A stretch of 64,000 bases of DNA from Tepidamorphaceae bacterium (GTDB taxonomy: Bacteria > Pseudomonadota > Alphaproteobacteria > Rhizobiales > Tepidamorphaceae), in the NCBI GenBank assembly GCA_028279445.1, contig JANQNT010000011.1:1826-65825 (forward strand). Reading direction: 5' to 3'. The notes under the pieces are model-generated. The model did no database searches and had not been told where the DNA came from. It worked only from the letters and a program-made list of their open reading frames with translations. A program made the position numbers and the translations under genes. This document shows, piece after piece, positions 47,270 to 57,677 of the stretch (position 1 is its first letter; each line of letters opens with the position of its first letter).

Positions 47270-47737
47270 TTGGAGCGGTTCGTTTCCAATTTCCGCAATC
47301 GGGTCGATGGCAAGGGACGGGTCTCCGTCCCGGCTGCGTTTCGTGCCGTTCTGGCGCGCCAGGGCTTTGCCTCGCTCTACGTCTATCCGGCGCTGGGTGT
47401 TCCGGCGCTTGATTGCGGCGGTGAGCGGCTGATCGCCGAGATTTCCATCCTGCTTGAGGACCTGCCACCCTACGCCGATGAGCGGGACTTCCTCTCCGTT
47501 GAGCTGTTCGGCCGCTGCGAGGAGCTCAAGATCGATGGCGACGGGCGGATCGTGCTGTCGGAAGAGCTGCGCCACCATGCCGGCATCGAGGGCGAGGCGG
47601 TGATGGTTGGGCTCGGGCACAAGTTCCAGATCTGGCAGCCCGGCGGCTTCGCGGAGCGCCAGGCCGAAGCGACGCGGCGCGTCGCCGACCTGCGGGCGCT
47701 GCTCGGACGGGGACCGGGCGGGGACCAGTCTTCGTGA
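47270..47737 (+). CDS. mraZ: Transcriptional regulator MraZ
   Basis: GGAGG at 47256, TTG 47270 gives [25 protein letters not shown] (typical MraZ N-terminus). Second SpoVT/AbrB half [13 protein letters not shown]. First gene of the dcw cluster. Confidence 0.88.
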   Translation: MERFVSNFRNRVDGKGRVSVPAAFRAVLARQGFASLYVYPALGVPALDCGGERLIAEISILLEDLPPYADERDFLSVELFGRCEELKIDGDGRIVLSEELRHHAGIEGEAVMVGLGHKFQIWQPGGFAERQAEATRRVADLRALLGRGPGGDQSS

Positions 47738-48696
47738 CGGCCGGGCCCGCCGAACAGGCGCATGTTCCGGTGCTGCTGGCCGAGGTGCTCGCAGCATTCG
47801 CTCCCGGCGACGGCGCGGCGATTGTCGATGGCACTTTCGGCGCGGGCGGTTATACGCGCGCCATCCTCGATGTGGCCGATACCACCGTCATCGCCATCGA
47901 CCGCGATCCCGACGCGATTGCCGAAGGCCAGGCCCTTGCTGATCGCCACGCAGGACGCCTGTCACTGGTGCAGGACCGCTTCTCGCAACTCGATCGTATC
48001 GCGGTGGAGGCCGGACACCCATTGGTCGATGGCGTGGTGCTCGACATCGGCGTTTCCTCCATGCAGCTCGACCAGGCGCGGCGCGGTTTCTCCTTCATGG
48101 CCGACGGGCCGCTCGACATGCGCATGGCGCAAAGCGGTGGGAGCGCAGCCGATCTGGTCAACACCCTGGGGGAAAGCGAACTCGCCGATATCCTCTATCG
48201 CTACGGCGAGGAGCGCGCCTCGCGGCGCATCGCACGCGCCATCGTCAAGGCGCGTTCCAGTGCATCCATCACCCGCACCGCTGAGTTGGCCGAGATCGTC
48301 GCCGGATGCCTGCCGCCGAAACGCAAACCGGGTGACAAGCACCCCGCGACGCGGACCTTCCAGGCGCTGCGCATTGCCGTCAACGACGAGCTTGGCGAAC
48401 TGGAGGCCGGGCTCGATGCCGCCGAGCGTTGTCTCAAGCCCGGTGGCGTGCTGGCGATCGTAACCTTTCATTCGCTTGAGGACCGTATGGTCAAACAGTT
48501 CCTGGCCGCGCGCAGCGGACGCGTGGGCGGCGGTTCGCGGCACCAGCCACCGGTGGCGCGTGCCGAGCCGACCTTCTCGCGCGGCAAGGGCGATGGCGCC
48601 ACGGCGGGTGAGGCGGAGTGCGCGGCCAATCCGCGCGCGCGCTCGGCGCGGTTGCGGGTCGGCATTCGCACCGAGGCGCCCGCGCGCGGCACATGA
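47734..48696 (+). CDS. rsmH: 16S rRNA (cytosine1402-N4)-methyltransferase
   Basis: [48 protein letters not shown] overlap with mraZ. Confidence 0.93.
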   Translation: MTAGPAEQAHVPVLLAEVLAAFAPGDGAAIVDGTFGAGGYTRAILDVADTTVIAIDRDPDAIAEGQALADRHAGRLSLVQDRFSQLDRIAVEAGHPLVDGVVLDIGVSSMQLDQARRGFSFMADGPLDMRMAQSGGSAADLVNTLGESELADILYRYGEERASRRIARAIVKARSSASITRTAELAEIVAGCLPPKRKPGDKHPATRTFQALRIAVNDELGELEAGLDAAERCLKPGGVLAIVTFHSLEDRMVKQFLAARSGRVGGGSRHQPPVARAEPTFSRGKGDGATAGEAECAANPRARSARLRVGIRTEAPARGT

Positions 48697-48715
48697 CAAG
48701 ACGAAAGGCAGGCAG

Positions 48716-49132
48716 GTGAGCGAGTTGGTGTCGGCGCAAGAGGAACATGGCGGCAAACGTCAGCTTTCGGCAGGAGGGATGATCGCCGCGGCCTGGCGCC
48801 GGCTGGGGCTGATGTCGATGCTGGGCGTCGTCGCCTGCGCCGCGGCGGTGGTGACCGCGGTGGGGCTCTACCAGTTCAAGCACGAGGCGCAGGAGCGCCG
48901 CGAGCGCATCGTGCATCTGCGCGCCAACATCGCCGGGGAGCGCGGGGCAATCGACTTGCTCAATGCCGAGTGGACCTTTCTCAACCGCCCGGAGCGCATT
49001 CAGGCCCTGGCGGAACGATTTCTCAATCTTAAGCCCTTCACTATGACGCAGATGGTCGATGCCGAGGCGCTGGCAGTCAGGCCCGAGCCCGAGCTGTTGA
49101 CCATCGAGGACATCCTGAACGCCGCGCAGTAG
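48716..49132 (+). CDS. ftsL: Cell division protein FtsL (alphaproteobacterial type)
   Basis: Position between rsmH and ftsI. One TM (LGLMSMLGVVACAAAVVTAVGLY), then a coiled-coil region and LNAEWTFLNRPERIQALAERFL. Start codon uncertain (GTG 48716 or ATG ~48779). Confidence 0.7.
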   Translation: MSELVSAQEEHGGKRQLSAGGMIAAAWRRLGLMSMLGVVACAAAVVTAVGLYQFKHEAQERRERIVHLRANIAGERGAIDLLNAEWTFLNRPERIQALAERFLNLKPFTMTQMVDAEALAVRPEPELLTIEDILNAAQ

Positions 49133-49168
49133 TCGGGGAGAATCGCGCGCGTCGCTTTCGTTGTTGTT

Positions 49169-50893
49169 TTGCGTACCGAGAGTTCCGGTTTGACGTCCCT
49201 TACAGCGCGTTTTCGCGAGCTTTGGCAATCTGTTGGACGGCGTGTCGCCGAGCGCCGGCGCGCGGGCGTGAAACACGCGTCCGGCACCCACAACCGTGGC
49301 CGGATCGTGCTGTCGATGGCTGTCTTCCTGGCCCTCTACAGCGTTATCGCCGTGCGACTGGTGTCGCTGGCGGTCGCCGACATGGCGCCGGCATCCCACG
49401 CGCTGACCGCCGCCGACAGCGTTTCGCAATCCCGCCCGGACATCCGCGACCGCAACGGCGTACTGCTGGCGACCGACATCCGCACGCCCTCGCTCTATGC
49501 CGAGCCGCACCGCATCTACGATGTCGACGAGACCATCGAGCTGCTGACCGCGGCGATGCCGGAGTTCGACACCGGCGGCTTGCGCGCCAAGCTCCGCAGC
49601 GAGAAGCGCTTCGTGTGGCTGAAGCGCGAGATCACGCCGGCCCAGCGCGATGCGATCCACAACATGGGTATTCCCGGCATCGGCTTCGTGGTGGAGAACC
49701 GCCGCTTCTATCCCAATGGCGGGCTGACCTCGCACGTCGTCGGTCATGTCAACATCGACAATGCCGGTATCGCCGGCATGGAGAAGTACCTCGATGCGGC
49801 AGGCCTGGCTGATCTGCACAATGCGGGTTTCGCCCGTGGCGGCGATACCGCGCCGGTGACGCTGACCCTCGACATCCGGGTGCAGCACGCCCTTCGCGAC
49901 GAGATCGCGTCCGCCATGGAGACCTTCAAGGCCAAGGCGGGCGCGGGCATCGTCATGGACGTCAACACGGGCGAGGTGCGCGCGCTGGTGTCGCTGCCCG
50001 ACTACGACCCCAACGATCCGCGCACGGCGCTGGCCGACGATGCCATCAACCGCATCTCGGCGGGCGTCTACGAGCTCGGCTCGACGTTCAAGGCGTTCAC
50101 CGTCGCCATGGCGCTCGACAGCGGCGAGGCGGACATGCGCACCACCTATGACGCGCGCAGCCCGATCCGTGTCGCCTCGTTCACCATCAACGATTTTCAC
50201 GCCCAGCGCCGCGTCCTCACCCTGCCGGAGGTGTTTGTGCATTCCTCCAACATCGGCACGGCGCGCATGGCGCTGGCGCTGGGTGTGGAGCGGCATCAGG
50301 CGTTCATGCAGCGGCTCGGCTTCTTCAATCGCCTGGTGACCGAACTGCCGGAATCGGCCGATCCGCTGCTGCCGCGCCGCTGGACGGATCTCTCCAGCAT
50401 GACGATCTCCTTCGGTCACGGTTTCTCCGTCGCGCCGATCCAGGCGGCGGCGGCCGGTGCTGCATTGCTGAACGGTGGCAAGCTCATTCCGCCGACCTTC
50501 GTGCCGCGCAGCCGCGGCGCGGCCGATGCGCTGGCGCGCCAGGTGCTGCAGCCGCGCACCTCGCGGATGATGCGCGACCTGTTCCGCCTCAACGTCGCCG
50601 ACGGCACGGGCGGCAAGGCGGATGCGCCGGGCTTCCGCGTCGGCGGCAAGACCGGCACGGCGGAAAAGGTCGTCAACGGGCGCTATGCGAAGGACAAGCT
50701 GCTGACGAGCTTCCTCGCCGGGTTCCCGATGGACAATCCGCAATACGTCATGCTGCTGATGCTCGACGAACCGAAGGGAATCCCCGAGACGCACGGCTAC
50801 CGTACCGCTGGCTGGAACGCGGTGCCGACCTCGGGACGGGTGATTTCCAGGATCGCGCCGCTGCTCGGCGTCGTCCCGGTGTTCGAACAGTAG
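49169..50893 (+). CDS. ftsI: Peptidoglycan D,D-transpeptidase FtsI (PBP3)
   Basis: N-terminal TM. YELGSTFK (SxxK), SSN, KTGTA motifs. Start uncertain (TTG 49169 or downstream). Confidence 0.9.
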   Translation: MRTESSGLTSLTARFRELWQSVGRRVAERRRAGVKHASGTHNRGRIVLSMAVFLALYSVIAVRLVSLAVADMAPASHALTAADSVSQSRPDIRDRNGVLLATDIRTPSLYAEPHRIYDVDETIELLTAAMPEFDTGGLRAKLRSEKRFVWLKREITPAQRDAIHNMGIPGIGFVVENRRFYPNGGLTSHVVGHVNIDNAGIAGMEKYLDAAGLADLHNAGFARGGDTAPVTLTLDIRVQHALRDEIASAMETFKAKAGAGIVMDVNTGEVRALVSLPDYDPNDPRTALADDAINRISAGVYELGSTFKAFTVAMALDSGEADMRTTYDARSPIRVASFTINDFHAQRRVLTLPEVFVHSSNIGTARMALALGVERHQAFMQRLGFFNRLVTELPESADPLLPRRWTDLSSMTISFGHGFSVAPIQAAAAGAALLNGGKLIPPTFVPRSRGAADALARQVLQPRTSRMMRDLFRLNVADGTGGKADAPGFRVGGKTGTAEKVVNGRYAKDKLLTSFLAGFPMDNPQYVMLLMLDEPKGIPETHGYRTAGWNAVPTSGRVISRIAPLLGVVPVFEQ

Positions 50894-50973
50894 CTGTCAC
50901 GCGCATTCGCCGGTGTTGATGGCCGGCGAAAATGCGTGACGAGCAGCGGGTTTGTTTGCTAACCGCTGCCGAC

Positions 50974-52428
50974 ATGGACCTTGCGGACCTTCTCAAGGAT
51001 GACGGTGCTCGCGTGCCTGCTGCCGCCGCGCAGATCGCGGTCGCCGAGCTTGCCTGCGACAGCCGCGCGGTGTCACCCGGCGCTGTGTTCTTCGCGCTGC
51101 CGGGATCTGAACTCGACGGGGCGCGGTTCGCTGGTGACGCGGTGGCCGCCGGCGCGCGCGCGGTGGTGGCCGGAGAGGATGCCGATATCGCCGACGGGCT
51201 CGGCGTGCCGGTCATCCGCGTCGCCGATCCGCGCCGTGCGCTGGCGTTGGCCGCGAGCCGCCACTATGGGCGTCAGCCACAAGCCGTCGCCGCTGTCACC
51301 GGCACCAGCGGCAAGACCTCCGTAGTGACCTTCCTGCGCCAGATATGGGCAACCGCCGGACTGGCGTCCGCAAGCATCGGCACCGTCGGCGTGGTGGCGC
51401 CGGGAGCCGCGGATTACGGCGGGCTGACGACACCGGATGCGATCTGCCTGCACGAGACCCTGGCGCGGCTTGCCGATGACGGCGTCACCCATGCGGCCAT
51501 GGAGGCCTCCAGCCACGGCATCGAGCAGCGCCGTCTCGATGGCGTGCGACTGACGGCTGCCGCTTTCACCAACTTGAGCCGCGATCACCTCGACTACCAC
51601 GGCACCATGGAGGCCTATCTCGCCGCCAAGCTGCGCCTGTTCGACACCGTGTTGCCCGACGAGGGGACGGTCGTCGTCGACGCCGACGAGGAAACGGCCG
51701 TGCCCGCCGCTGACGTTGCGCGAGCGCGTGGTCTGAAGCTGCTGAGTGTCGGCCGGGCCGGTAGCGACATCCGCCTTGAGCGGGTCGAGACGGCGCGCCT
51801 GCGTCAGACCCTGCTTGTCGACTTCGGCGAAGGCCGCGTCGAGGTCGCCTTGCCAATGGCCGGCGTGTTCCAGGTCTCCAATGCGCTTGTCGCCGCGGGG
51901 CTTGCGGTTGCCTGCGGGCTGCCGGCCGGTGACGCGGTTTCGGCGATCTCGTCCCTGACGGGTGCCGAGGGGCGTCTGCAACCGGCCACCGACAACGGCA
52001 AGGGCGCCTCGGTCTTCATCGATTACGCGCACAAGCCCGGCGCGATCCGCTCCACCTTGGCGTCGCTGCGCCCGTTCACCACCGGCAAGCTGATCGTCAT
52101 CATCGGCGCCGGCGGCGACCGCGATCCGGGCAAGCGCGAGATGATGGGTGCTGCCGCCGCCGAAGCCGCCGACGTTGTCATCGTCACCGACGACAATCCG
52201 CGCAGCGAGGACCCGGCCGCGATCCGCCGTGCGCTGTTGCGGGGCGCGCCGCAGGCAACTGAGATCGGCGACCGGGGCGAGGCGATCCGCACCGCAATCG
52301 CCATGATGGGCAAGGGCGATGTGCTGGTGATCGCCGGCAAGGGGCACGAGCCGGGCCAGATCGTCGGGGATGTGGTGCACCCGTTTTCCGATATCGAGGA
52401 AGCGCGCGCCGCGCTGGGGGAGACCTGA
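50974..52428 (+). CDS. murE: UDP-N-acetylmuramoyl-L-alanyl-D-glutamate--2,6-diaminopimelate ligase
   Basis: VTGTSGKTS, EASSHG, YAHKPGA, GAGGDRDPGKR, DDNPRSEDP. Start is ATG 50974 or ATG 50932. Confidence 0.92.
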   Translation: MDLADLLKDDGARVPAAAAQIAVAELACDSRAVSPGAVFFALPGSELDGARFAGDAVAAGARAVVAGEDADIADGLGVPVIRVADPRRALALAASRHYGRQPQAVAAVTGTSGKTSVVTFLRQIWATAGLASASIGTVGVVAPGAADYGGLTTPDAICLHETLARLADDGVTHAAMEASSHGIEQRRLDGVRLTAAAFTNLSRDHLDYHGTMEAYLAAKLRLFDTVLPDEGTVVVDADEETAVPAADVARARGLKLLSVGRAGSDIRLERVETARLRQTLLVDFGEGRVEVALPMAGVFQVSNALVAAGLAVACGLPAGDAVSAISSLTGAEGRLQPATDNGKGASVFIDYAHKPGAIRSTLASLRPFTTGKLIVIIGAGGDRDPGKREMMGAAAAEAADVVIVTDDNPRSEDPAAIRRALLRGAPQATEIGDRGEAIRTAIAMMGKGDVLVIAGKGHEPGQIVGDVVHPFSDIEEARAALGET

Positions 52429-52431
52429 ACG

Positions 52432-53844
52432 ATGGCGAGCGATCCGCTGTGGACGTCGCAGGCCTTTGTCGCTGCAACCGGCGGGACGGCGTCGGCCGAT
52501 ATGGGCGACGTCACGGGCACCTCGATCGACACGCGCACGCTCAAACCGGGTGATGCCTTCTTCGCCATCCAGGGTGACAATCGCGACGGCCACGACTTCG
52601 TGCCCGCGGCCCTCGAGGCCGGTGCCGGCTGCGCGGTCGTTGCGCAGGACCGGGTGACAGAGTTCTCCGCCCCTGGTCCGGTGGTCGGCGTCGACGACGT
52701 TCTGGCGGCGATGGAGTGCGTCGGCCGTGCGGCACGCGAACGCGCGCAGGCGCGGGTGGTCGGCATCACCGGCAGCGTCGGCAAGACCGGGACCAAGGAG
52801 GCGCTCAGGCTGGCGCTCGCCGAAAGCGGTGAGACCTACGCCTCGGAGGCCTCCTACAATAATCACTGGGGCGTGCCGCTGTCGCTGTCGCGCTTCGCCG
52901 CCACCTGCGACTACGGCGTCTTCGAGATGGGCATGAACGGGCCGGGCGAGATCGGCCCATTGTCGCGCATGGTGCGCCCGCATGTCGCCATCATCACGGC
53001 GGTGGAGCCGGTGCATATCGAGTTTTTCGACTCCATCCTCGGCATCGCCGATGCCAAGGCGGAGATTTTCGAGGGGCTTGAACCCGGCGGCACGGCGGTG
53101 CTGAACCGCGACAATCCGCACTTCGAGCGTCTTGTCGATGCGGCGCGCGCGCAAGGCGTTGAGACCATTGTCGGTTTCGGCGAGGACCAGCAAAGCGACG
53201 TGCGTCTCGTCGATTGCGTCTGCGAGCCTGATTTCTCCGCTGTCACCGCGGATGTCATGGGTGAGGTGGCGACCTACAAGATCGGCGCACCGGGCCGGCA
53301 TCTGGTGCAGAATTCGCTCGCCGTCATGGCGGCGGTGAAGCTGGTGGGCGCCGATCTGGCCCGCGCCGCGCTGGCTTACGCCGAGGCAACCGCGCCGAAG
53401 GGCCGTGGCGCGCGGGTGAAGATCGGCGATCCGGAACACCCGGTGCTGCTGATCGACGAGAGCTACAACGCCAACCCGGCCTCGATGCGTGCCGCCTTCG
53501 CCAATCTGGCGCTCGCCCCGCTCGGCAGTGGTGGGCGGCGCATCGCGGTGCTCGGCGATATGCTGGAACTTGGCCGGCAATCGCAGACGCTGCACGCGGA
53601 ACTGGCCGGGCCGATCGCCGCTGCGGGTGTCGACCTCGTCTTCGCCAGCGGTCCGGAGATGGCGGCGCTGTTCGACGCCCTTCCCCCGGAGCGGCAGGCG
53701 GGGTACGCAGACAGCGCCGAGGAATTGACCGATTCGCTGATCAGAACGCTGCGTGCCGGTGACACGGTGATGGTCAAGGGATCGCTCGGCAGCCGCATGG
53801 GACCTATCGTCGATGCGTTGAAGGCGCGCCTCGGCGTTGTCTAG
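52432..53844 (+). CDS. murF: UDP-N-acetylmuramoyl-tripeptide--D-alanyl-D-alanine ligase
   Basis: ITGSVGKTGTKE, NNHWGVPLSL, EMGMNGPGEI, DESYNANPASM, GDMLELG. Stop TAG lies in the CTAG terminus of repeat copy B. Confidence 0.93.
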   Translation: MASDPLWTSQAFVAATGGTASADMGDVTGTSIDTRTLKPGDAFFAIQGDNRDGHDFVPAALEAGAGCAVVAQDRVTEFSAPGPVVGVDDVLAAMECVGRAARERAQARVVGITGSVGKTGTKEALRLALAESGETYASEASYNNHWGVPLSLSRFAATCDYGVFEMGMNGPGEIGPLSRMVRPHVAIITAVEPVHIEFFDSILGIADAKAEIFEGLEPGGTAVLNRDNPHFERLVDAARAQGVETIVGFGEDQQSDVRLVDCVCEPDFSAVTADVMGEVATYKIGAPGRHLVQNSLAVMAAVKLVGADLARAALAYAEATAPKGRGARVKIGDPEHPVLLIDESYNANPASMRAAFANLALAPLGSGGRRIAVLGDMLELGRQSQTLHAELAGPIAAAGVDLVFASGPEMAALFDALPPERQAGYADSAEELTDSLIRTLRAGDTVMVKGSLGSRMGPIVDALKARLGVV

Positions 53845-53950
53845 ATCATCCTGTGTTTGGGCTGAGTCAGCCCAAACACAGAAAAGATGATCGATTCTAA
53901 AGGGTTAGAGCAACTTATCTGCGCCGTTCGCGGCGCAGGTTGCTCTAGGC
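53841..53950. mobile_element. MITE-like double-hairpin repeat, copy B (between murF and mraY)
   Basis: CTAG at 53841-44 and 53945-48. Hairpin 1: ctgtgtttgggctg / cagcccaaacacag. Hairpin 2: tagagcaac..ctgcgcc / ggcgcag..gttgctcta. Aligns end to end with 23875-23983. Confidence 0.75.
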
Positions 53951-54011
53951 GAAACGCTGAAAGACCCTTGCAGGGCGATTGCCGAGGGCTTGATCGAGGG
54001 ACCGCACGCGC

Positions 54012-55094
54012 ATGCTCGTCTTTCTGGAAACGTTCAGCGACAGCGCGCAGATTTTCAACCTGTTCCGCTATCTGACCTTCCGCACCGGCGGGGCGATCCT
54101 CACCGCCATGTTGTTCGTGTTCCTGTTCGGGCCGGCCATCATCCGCTCGTTGCGCGTGCGCCAGGGCAAGGGCCAACCGATCCGCGACGATGGACCGGAA
54201 GGCCATTTTTCCAAGGCCGGCACACCGACCATGGGCGGGCTGATGATCCTGATCGGACTGCTGGTCTCCACGCTGCTGTGGGCCGATCTCTCCAACGCTT
54301 TCGTGTGGATCGTCATCGCGGTGGTCGTGTCGTTCGGTCTGATCGGCCTCTACGACGATTTCCTCAAAGTGACGCAGCAGTCCCACCGCGGCTTCTCCGG
54401 TAAGACCCGGCTGGGGCTGGAAATCGTCGTGGCCGGGCTTGCGGTCTATTCGATCGCGCTGCTGTCGCCGCCGGAGACGGCCAATTCGGTGGCGATCCCC
54501 TTCTTCAAGGACTTCCTCGTCAATCTCGGCATCTTCTTCGTGCCGTTCGGTATCCTCGTCATCGTCGGCGCCGGCAACTCGGTCAATCTGACCGACGGGC
54601 TCGACGGACTGGCCATCGTGCCGGTGATGATCGCTGCGGCCACCTTCGGGCTGATCGCCTACATCTCCGGCAACGCCATCTTCTCCAACTACCTGCAGGT
54701 CAACTTCGTGCCCGGCACCGGTGAACTGGCGGTGCTGTGCGGCGCGGTGATCGGAGCGGGCCTCGGCTTCCTGTGGTTCAACGCGCCGCCGGCGCAGATC
54801 TTCATGGGCGATACCGGCTCGCTGGCGCTCGGCGGGCTGCTGGGCGCGGTGGCGGTCGCCGCCAAGCACGAGATCGTGCTGGCCATCGTCGGCGGGCTGT
54901 TCGTGCTGGAGGCGGTGTCGGTGATCGTCCAGGTGGCCTCCTACAAGCTGACCGGCAAGCGCATCTTCCGCATGGCGCCGATCCATCATCACTTCGAACA
55001 CCTGGGCTGGAAGGAGCCGCAGATCGTGATCCGCTTCTGGATCATCTCCTTCGTGCTGGCGCTGATCGGCCTGTCGACCCTGAAGCTCAGATAG
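54012..55094 (+). CDS. mraY: Phospho-N-acetylmuramoyl-pentapeptide transferase
   Basis: [53 protein letters not shown]. Confidence 0.95.
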   Translation: MLVFLETFSDSAQIFNLFRYLTFRTGGAILTAMLFVFLFGPAIIRSLRVRQGKGQPIRDDGPEGHFSKAGTPTMGGLMILIGLLVSTLLWADLSNAFVWIVIAVVVSFGLIGLYDDFLKVTQQSHRGFSGKTRLGLEIVVAGLAVYSIALLSPPETANSVAIPFFKDFLVNLGIFFVPFGILVIVGAGNSVNLTDGLDGLAIVPVMIAAATFGLIAYISGNAIFSNYLQVNFVPGTGELAVLCGAVIGAGLGFLWFNAPPAQIFMGDTGSLALGGLLGAVAVAAKHEIVLAIVGGLFVLEAVSVIVQVASYKLTGKRIFRMAPIHHHFEHLGWKEPQIVIRFWIISFVLALIGLSTLKLR

Positions 55095-55100
55095 GTCCCA

Positions 55101-56510
55101 ATGATGCTTCCCGTGCGCGGCTATGAGGGCCAACGCGTCGGCATCCTGGGCCTGGCGCGCAGCGGCCTCGCCGTCGCGGCGGCGCTGAAGGCCGGTGGCG
55201 CCGAGCCGGTGCTGTGCGATGACCGCGCCGATGCCATGGAGCAGGCGGCCGCGGAGGGCTACACCACCGCCGATCTCGCCAACGACGATTGGCCGCCGCT
55301 CGCCAAGCTGGTGGTCAGCCCCGGCGTGCCGCATCTTTACCCTGCGCCTCACCGGGTCATACAGCGTGCCTGGGGCGAGGGGGTGCCGGTCGACAACGAT
55401 ATCGGCCTGTTCTTCGAGGCCATCGTGGGCACCGGTGCGCGCGTCATCGCCATCACCGGCACCAACGGCAAGTCCACCACCACGGCGCTGATCGGCCATG
55501 TGCTCGGCCAGGCCGGCATCGCCACCCAGGTCGGCGGCAACATCGGCCGCGCGGTGTTCGATCTCGATCAGCCGGCGGAGGGCTCAGCCGTTGTGCTTGA
55601 ACTCTCCTCCTACCAGATCGATCTGGCGCGCACGCTGAACCCCGACGTGGCGGTGTTTCTCAACCTTACGGCGGACCATCTCGACCGGCACGGCGGCATG
55701 GGCGGCTATTTCGCGGCGAAGGCGCGGTTGTTCGGAACAGGCCGGCCAAGGGTCAGCGTGATCGGTGTCGACGAGCCGGAGGGCCGCTTTCTCGCCAACC
55801 GCCTGCGCGCCGGGCGTGATCCGGGCGAGGGCGTCATCGCCATGTCCGCGACCCGCGCGCTCGGCGGCCGGGGTCTGAGCGTCAGCGCCCGCGACGGTGT
55901 CGTCACGCAATGGGTCGACGGTGCCGAATCGGCCCGTATCGACCTTGGCGGGGCGATCGCGCTGCAGGGCGAACACAATGCGCAGAACGCGGCCGCCGCC
56001 TTCGCCGCATGCGGTGCGTTCGGCGTTTCGTCCAATGAAATCGCGGCGGGCTTCAACAGTTTTCCGGGTCTTGCCCACCGTATGCAGCCGATCGGATCGG
56101 CGGGACGGGTACGATTTATCAACGATTCCAAGGCAACCAATACGGATGCGGCGGCCCGCGCGCTGGCGACCTTCGAACGCATCTACTGGATCGCTGGCGG
56201 GCAGGCCAAGGAGGGCGGCATCGACCAGCTTCGGCCATACTTCGCGCGTATCGCACGCGCCTACCTGATCGGTGAGGATGCCGCGCTGATCGCCGAGACG
56301 CTTGGCCAGGAGGTCGAGGTGGTGATGAGCGGGACCATGCAGCAGGCCGTCATGCAAGCGGCCACCGACGCGGCCGCCGATACGGATTCCGATCCGGTGG
56401 TGCTGTTGTCACCGGCCTGCGCCTCATTCGACCAGTACCCCGACTTCGAGGCGCGCGGCGAGGATTTCCGCGCGGCGGTCGCCCGGGTCGATGGGTTTGT
56501 GGCGCGGTAG
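55101..56510 (+). CDS. murD: UDP-N-acetylmuramoylalanine--D-glutamate ligase
   Basis: GILGLARSG, ITGTNGKSTT, ELSSYQ, NDSKATN. Confidence 0.93.
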   Translation: MMLPVRGYEGQRVGILGLARSGLAVAAALKAGGAEPVLCDDRADAMEQAAAEGYTTADLANDDWPPLAKLVVSPGVPHLYPAPHRVIQRAWGEGVPVDNDIGLFFEAIVGTGARVIAITGTNGKSTTTALIGHVLGQAGIATQVGGNIGRAVFDLDQPAEGSAVVLELSSYQIDLARTLNPDVAVFLNLTADHLDRHGGMGGYFAAKARLFGTGRPRVSVIGVDEPEGRFLANRLRAGRDPGEGVIAMSATRALGGRGLSVSARDGVVTQWVDGAESARIDLGGAIALQGEHNAQNAAAAFAACGAFGVSSNEIAAGFNSFPGLAHRMQPIGSAGRVRFINDSKATNTDAAARALATFERIYWIAGGQAKEGGIDQLRPYFARIARAYLIGEDAALIAETLGQEVEVVMSGTMQQAVMQAATDAAADTDSDPVVLLSPACASFDQYPDFEARGEDFRAAVARVDGFVAR

Positions 56511-56524
56511 CAGGATAGAGCGGG

Positions 56525-57670
56525 ATGTTCGCACGTACCGACCGCGGGTTGCTCGCCGACTGGTGGTGGACCGTCGACAAGACGCTGCTGGCGGCGCTCG
56601 TGGTGCTGATGTTCGGCGGCCTCGTGCTGTCGCTGGCTGGTAGCCCGCCGGTTGCCGACAAGCTCGGTCTCGATCCCTTCCACTTCGTCTACCGGCACGC
56701 GATCTTCCTTGTCGCGGCCCTCGGCGTGCTGATCGCCACCTCGCTGATGAGCGCGCGGATGATCCGCCGCACAGCGCTGGCGGTGTTCCTGGTGTCGGCG
56801 GCGCTGATGGCGCTGACGCTGGTCGCGGGCTTCGAGATCAAGGGCGCGCGGCGCTGGCTCGACATCGGCGTGTTCGCCTTGCAGCCCTCGGAGTTCGTCA
56901 AGCCGGCCTTCGCGGTGCTGGTCGCCTGGCTGTTCTCGGAGGCCGAACACCGGCCGGACATGCCAGCCCATCTCATCGCGGTGGGGCTGGTCGGTCTGGT
57001 GGTGGCGCTTCTCGTACTGCAGCCCGACTTCGGGCAGACCATGCTGATCATGCTGGTGTGGGGCGCCATCTTCTTCGCCGCCGGCATGTCGTGGCGCTGG
57101 ATCGCCACGCTCGGCGTCGTCGGCATCGGCGGCATCGTCACGGCCTATGCGGCCATTCCCCATGTGCGCTCGCGCATCGACCGCTTTCTCAATCCGGGCA
57201 ACCACGACACCTATCAGACCGACACGGCAATCGAGGCGTTCCTGCGCGGCGGCTGGCTGGGGCAGGGGCCGGGCGAGGGAACGGTCAAGCGCGTGCTGCC
57301 GGATTCCCATACCGACTTCGTGTTCGCGGTCGCGGCGGAAGAGTTTGGCGTCATCGTCTGCCTGATCATCGTCGCGCTGTTCGGCTTCGTGGTGCTGCGC
57401 GGGCTCTATCGCGCGCTGGGCGAGGACGACGATTTCTCGCGGTTGGCGGTCACCGGTCTGGTGGCGCTGTTCGGCATCCAGTCGCTGATCAACATGGGCG
57501 TCAACCTGAGCCTGCTGCCGGCCAAGGGCATGACGCTGCCGTTCATCTCCTATGGCGGCTCGTCTCTGCTGTCGCTGGCCTATGGCATGGGCATGGTGCT
57601 GGCGCTGACCCGGCGCCGGCCGCGCGGCGTGACAAGGCTTGCCGTCGGCATGCCCATGGCGATGCGCTGA
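56525..57670 (+). CDS. ftsW: Peptidoglycan glycosyltransferase FtsW (SEDS family)
   Basis: 381 aa polytopic. LQPSEFVKP, DFGQTML, PDSHTDFVFAV, GMTLPFISYGGSS. Confidence 0.92.
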   Translation: MFARTDRGLLADWWWTVDKTLLAALVVLMFGGLVLSLAGSPPVADKLGLDPFHFVYRHAIFLVAALGVLIATSLMSARMIRRTALAVFLVSAALMALTLVAGFEIKGARRWLDIGVFALQPSEFVKPAFAVLVAWLFSEAEHRPDMPAHLIAVGLVGLVVALLVLQPDFGQTMLIMLVWGAIFFAAGMSWRWIATLGVVGIGGIVTAYAAIPHVRSRIDRFLNPGNHDTYQTDTAIEAFLRGGWLGQGPGEGTVKRVLPDSHTDFVFAVAAEEFGVIVCLIIVALFGFVVLRGLYRALGEDDDFSRLAVTGLVALFGIQSLINMGVNLSLLPAKGMTLPFISYGGSSLLSLAYGMGMVLALTRRRPRGVTRLAVGMPMAMR

Positions 57671-57677
57671 GCCGGTC

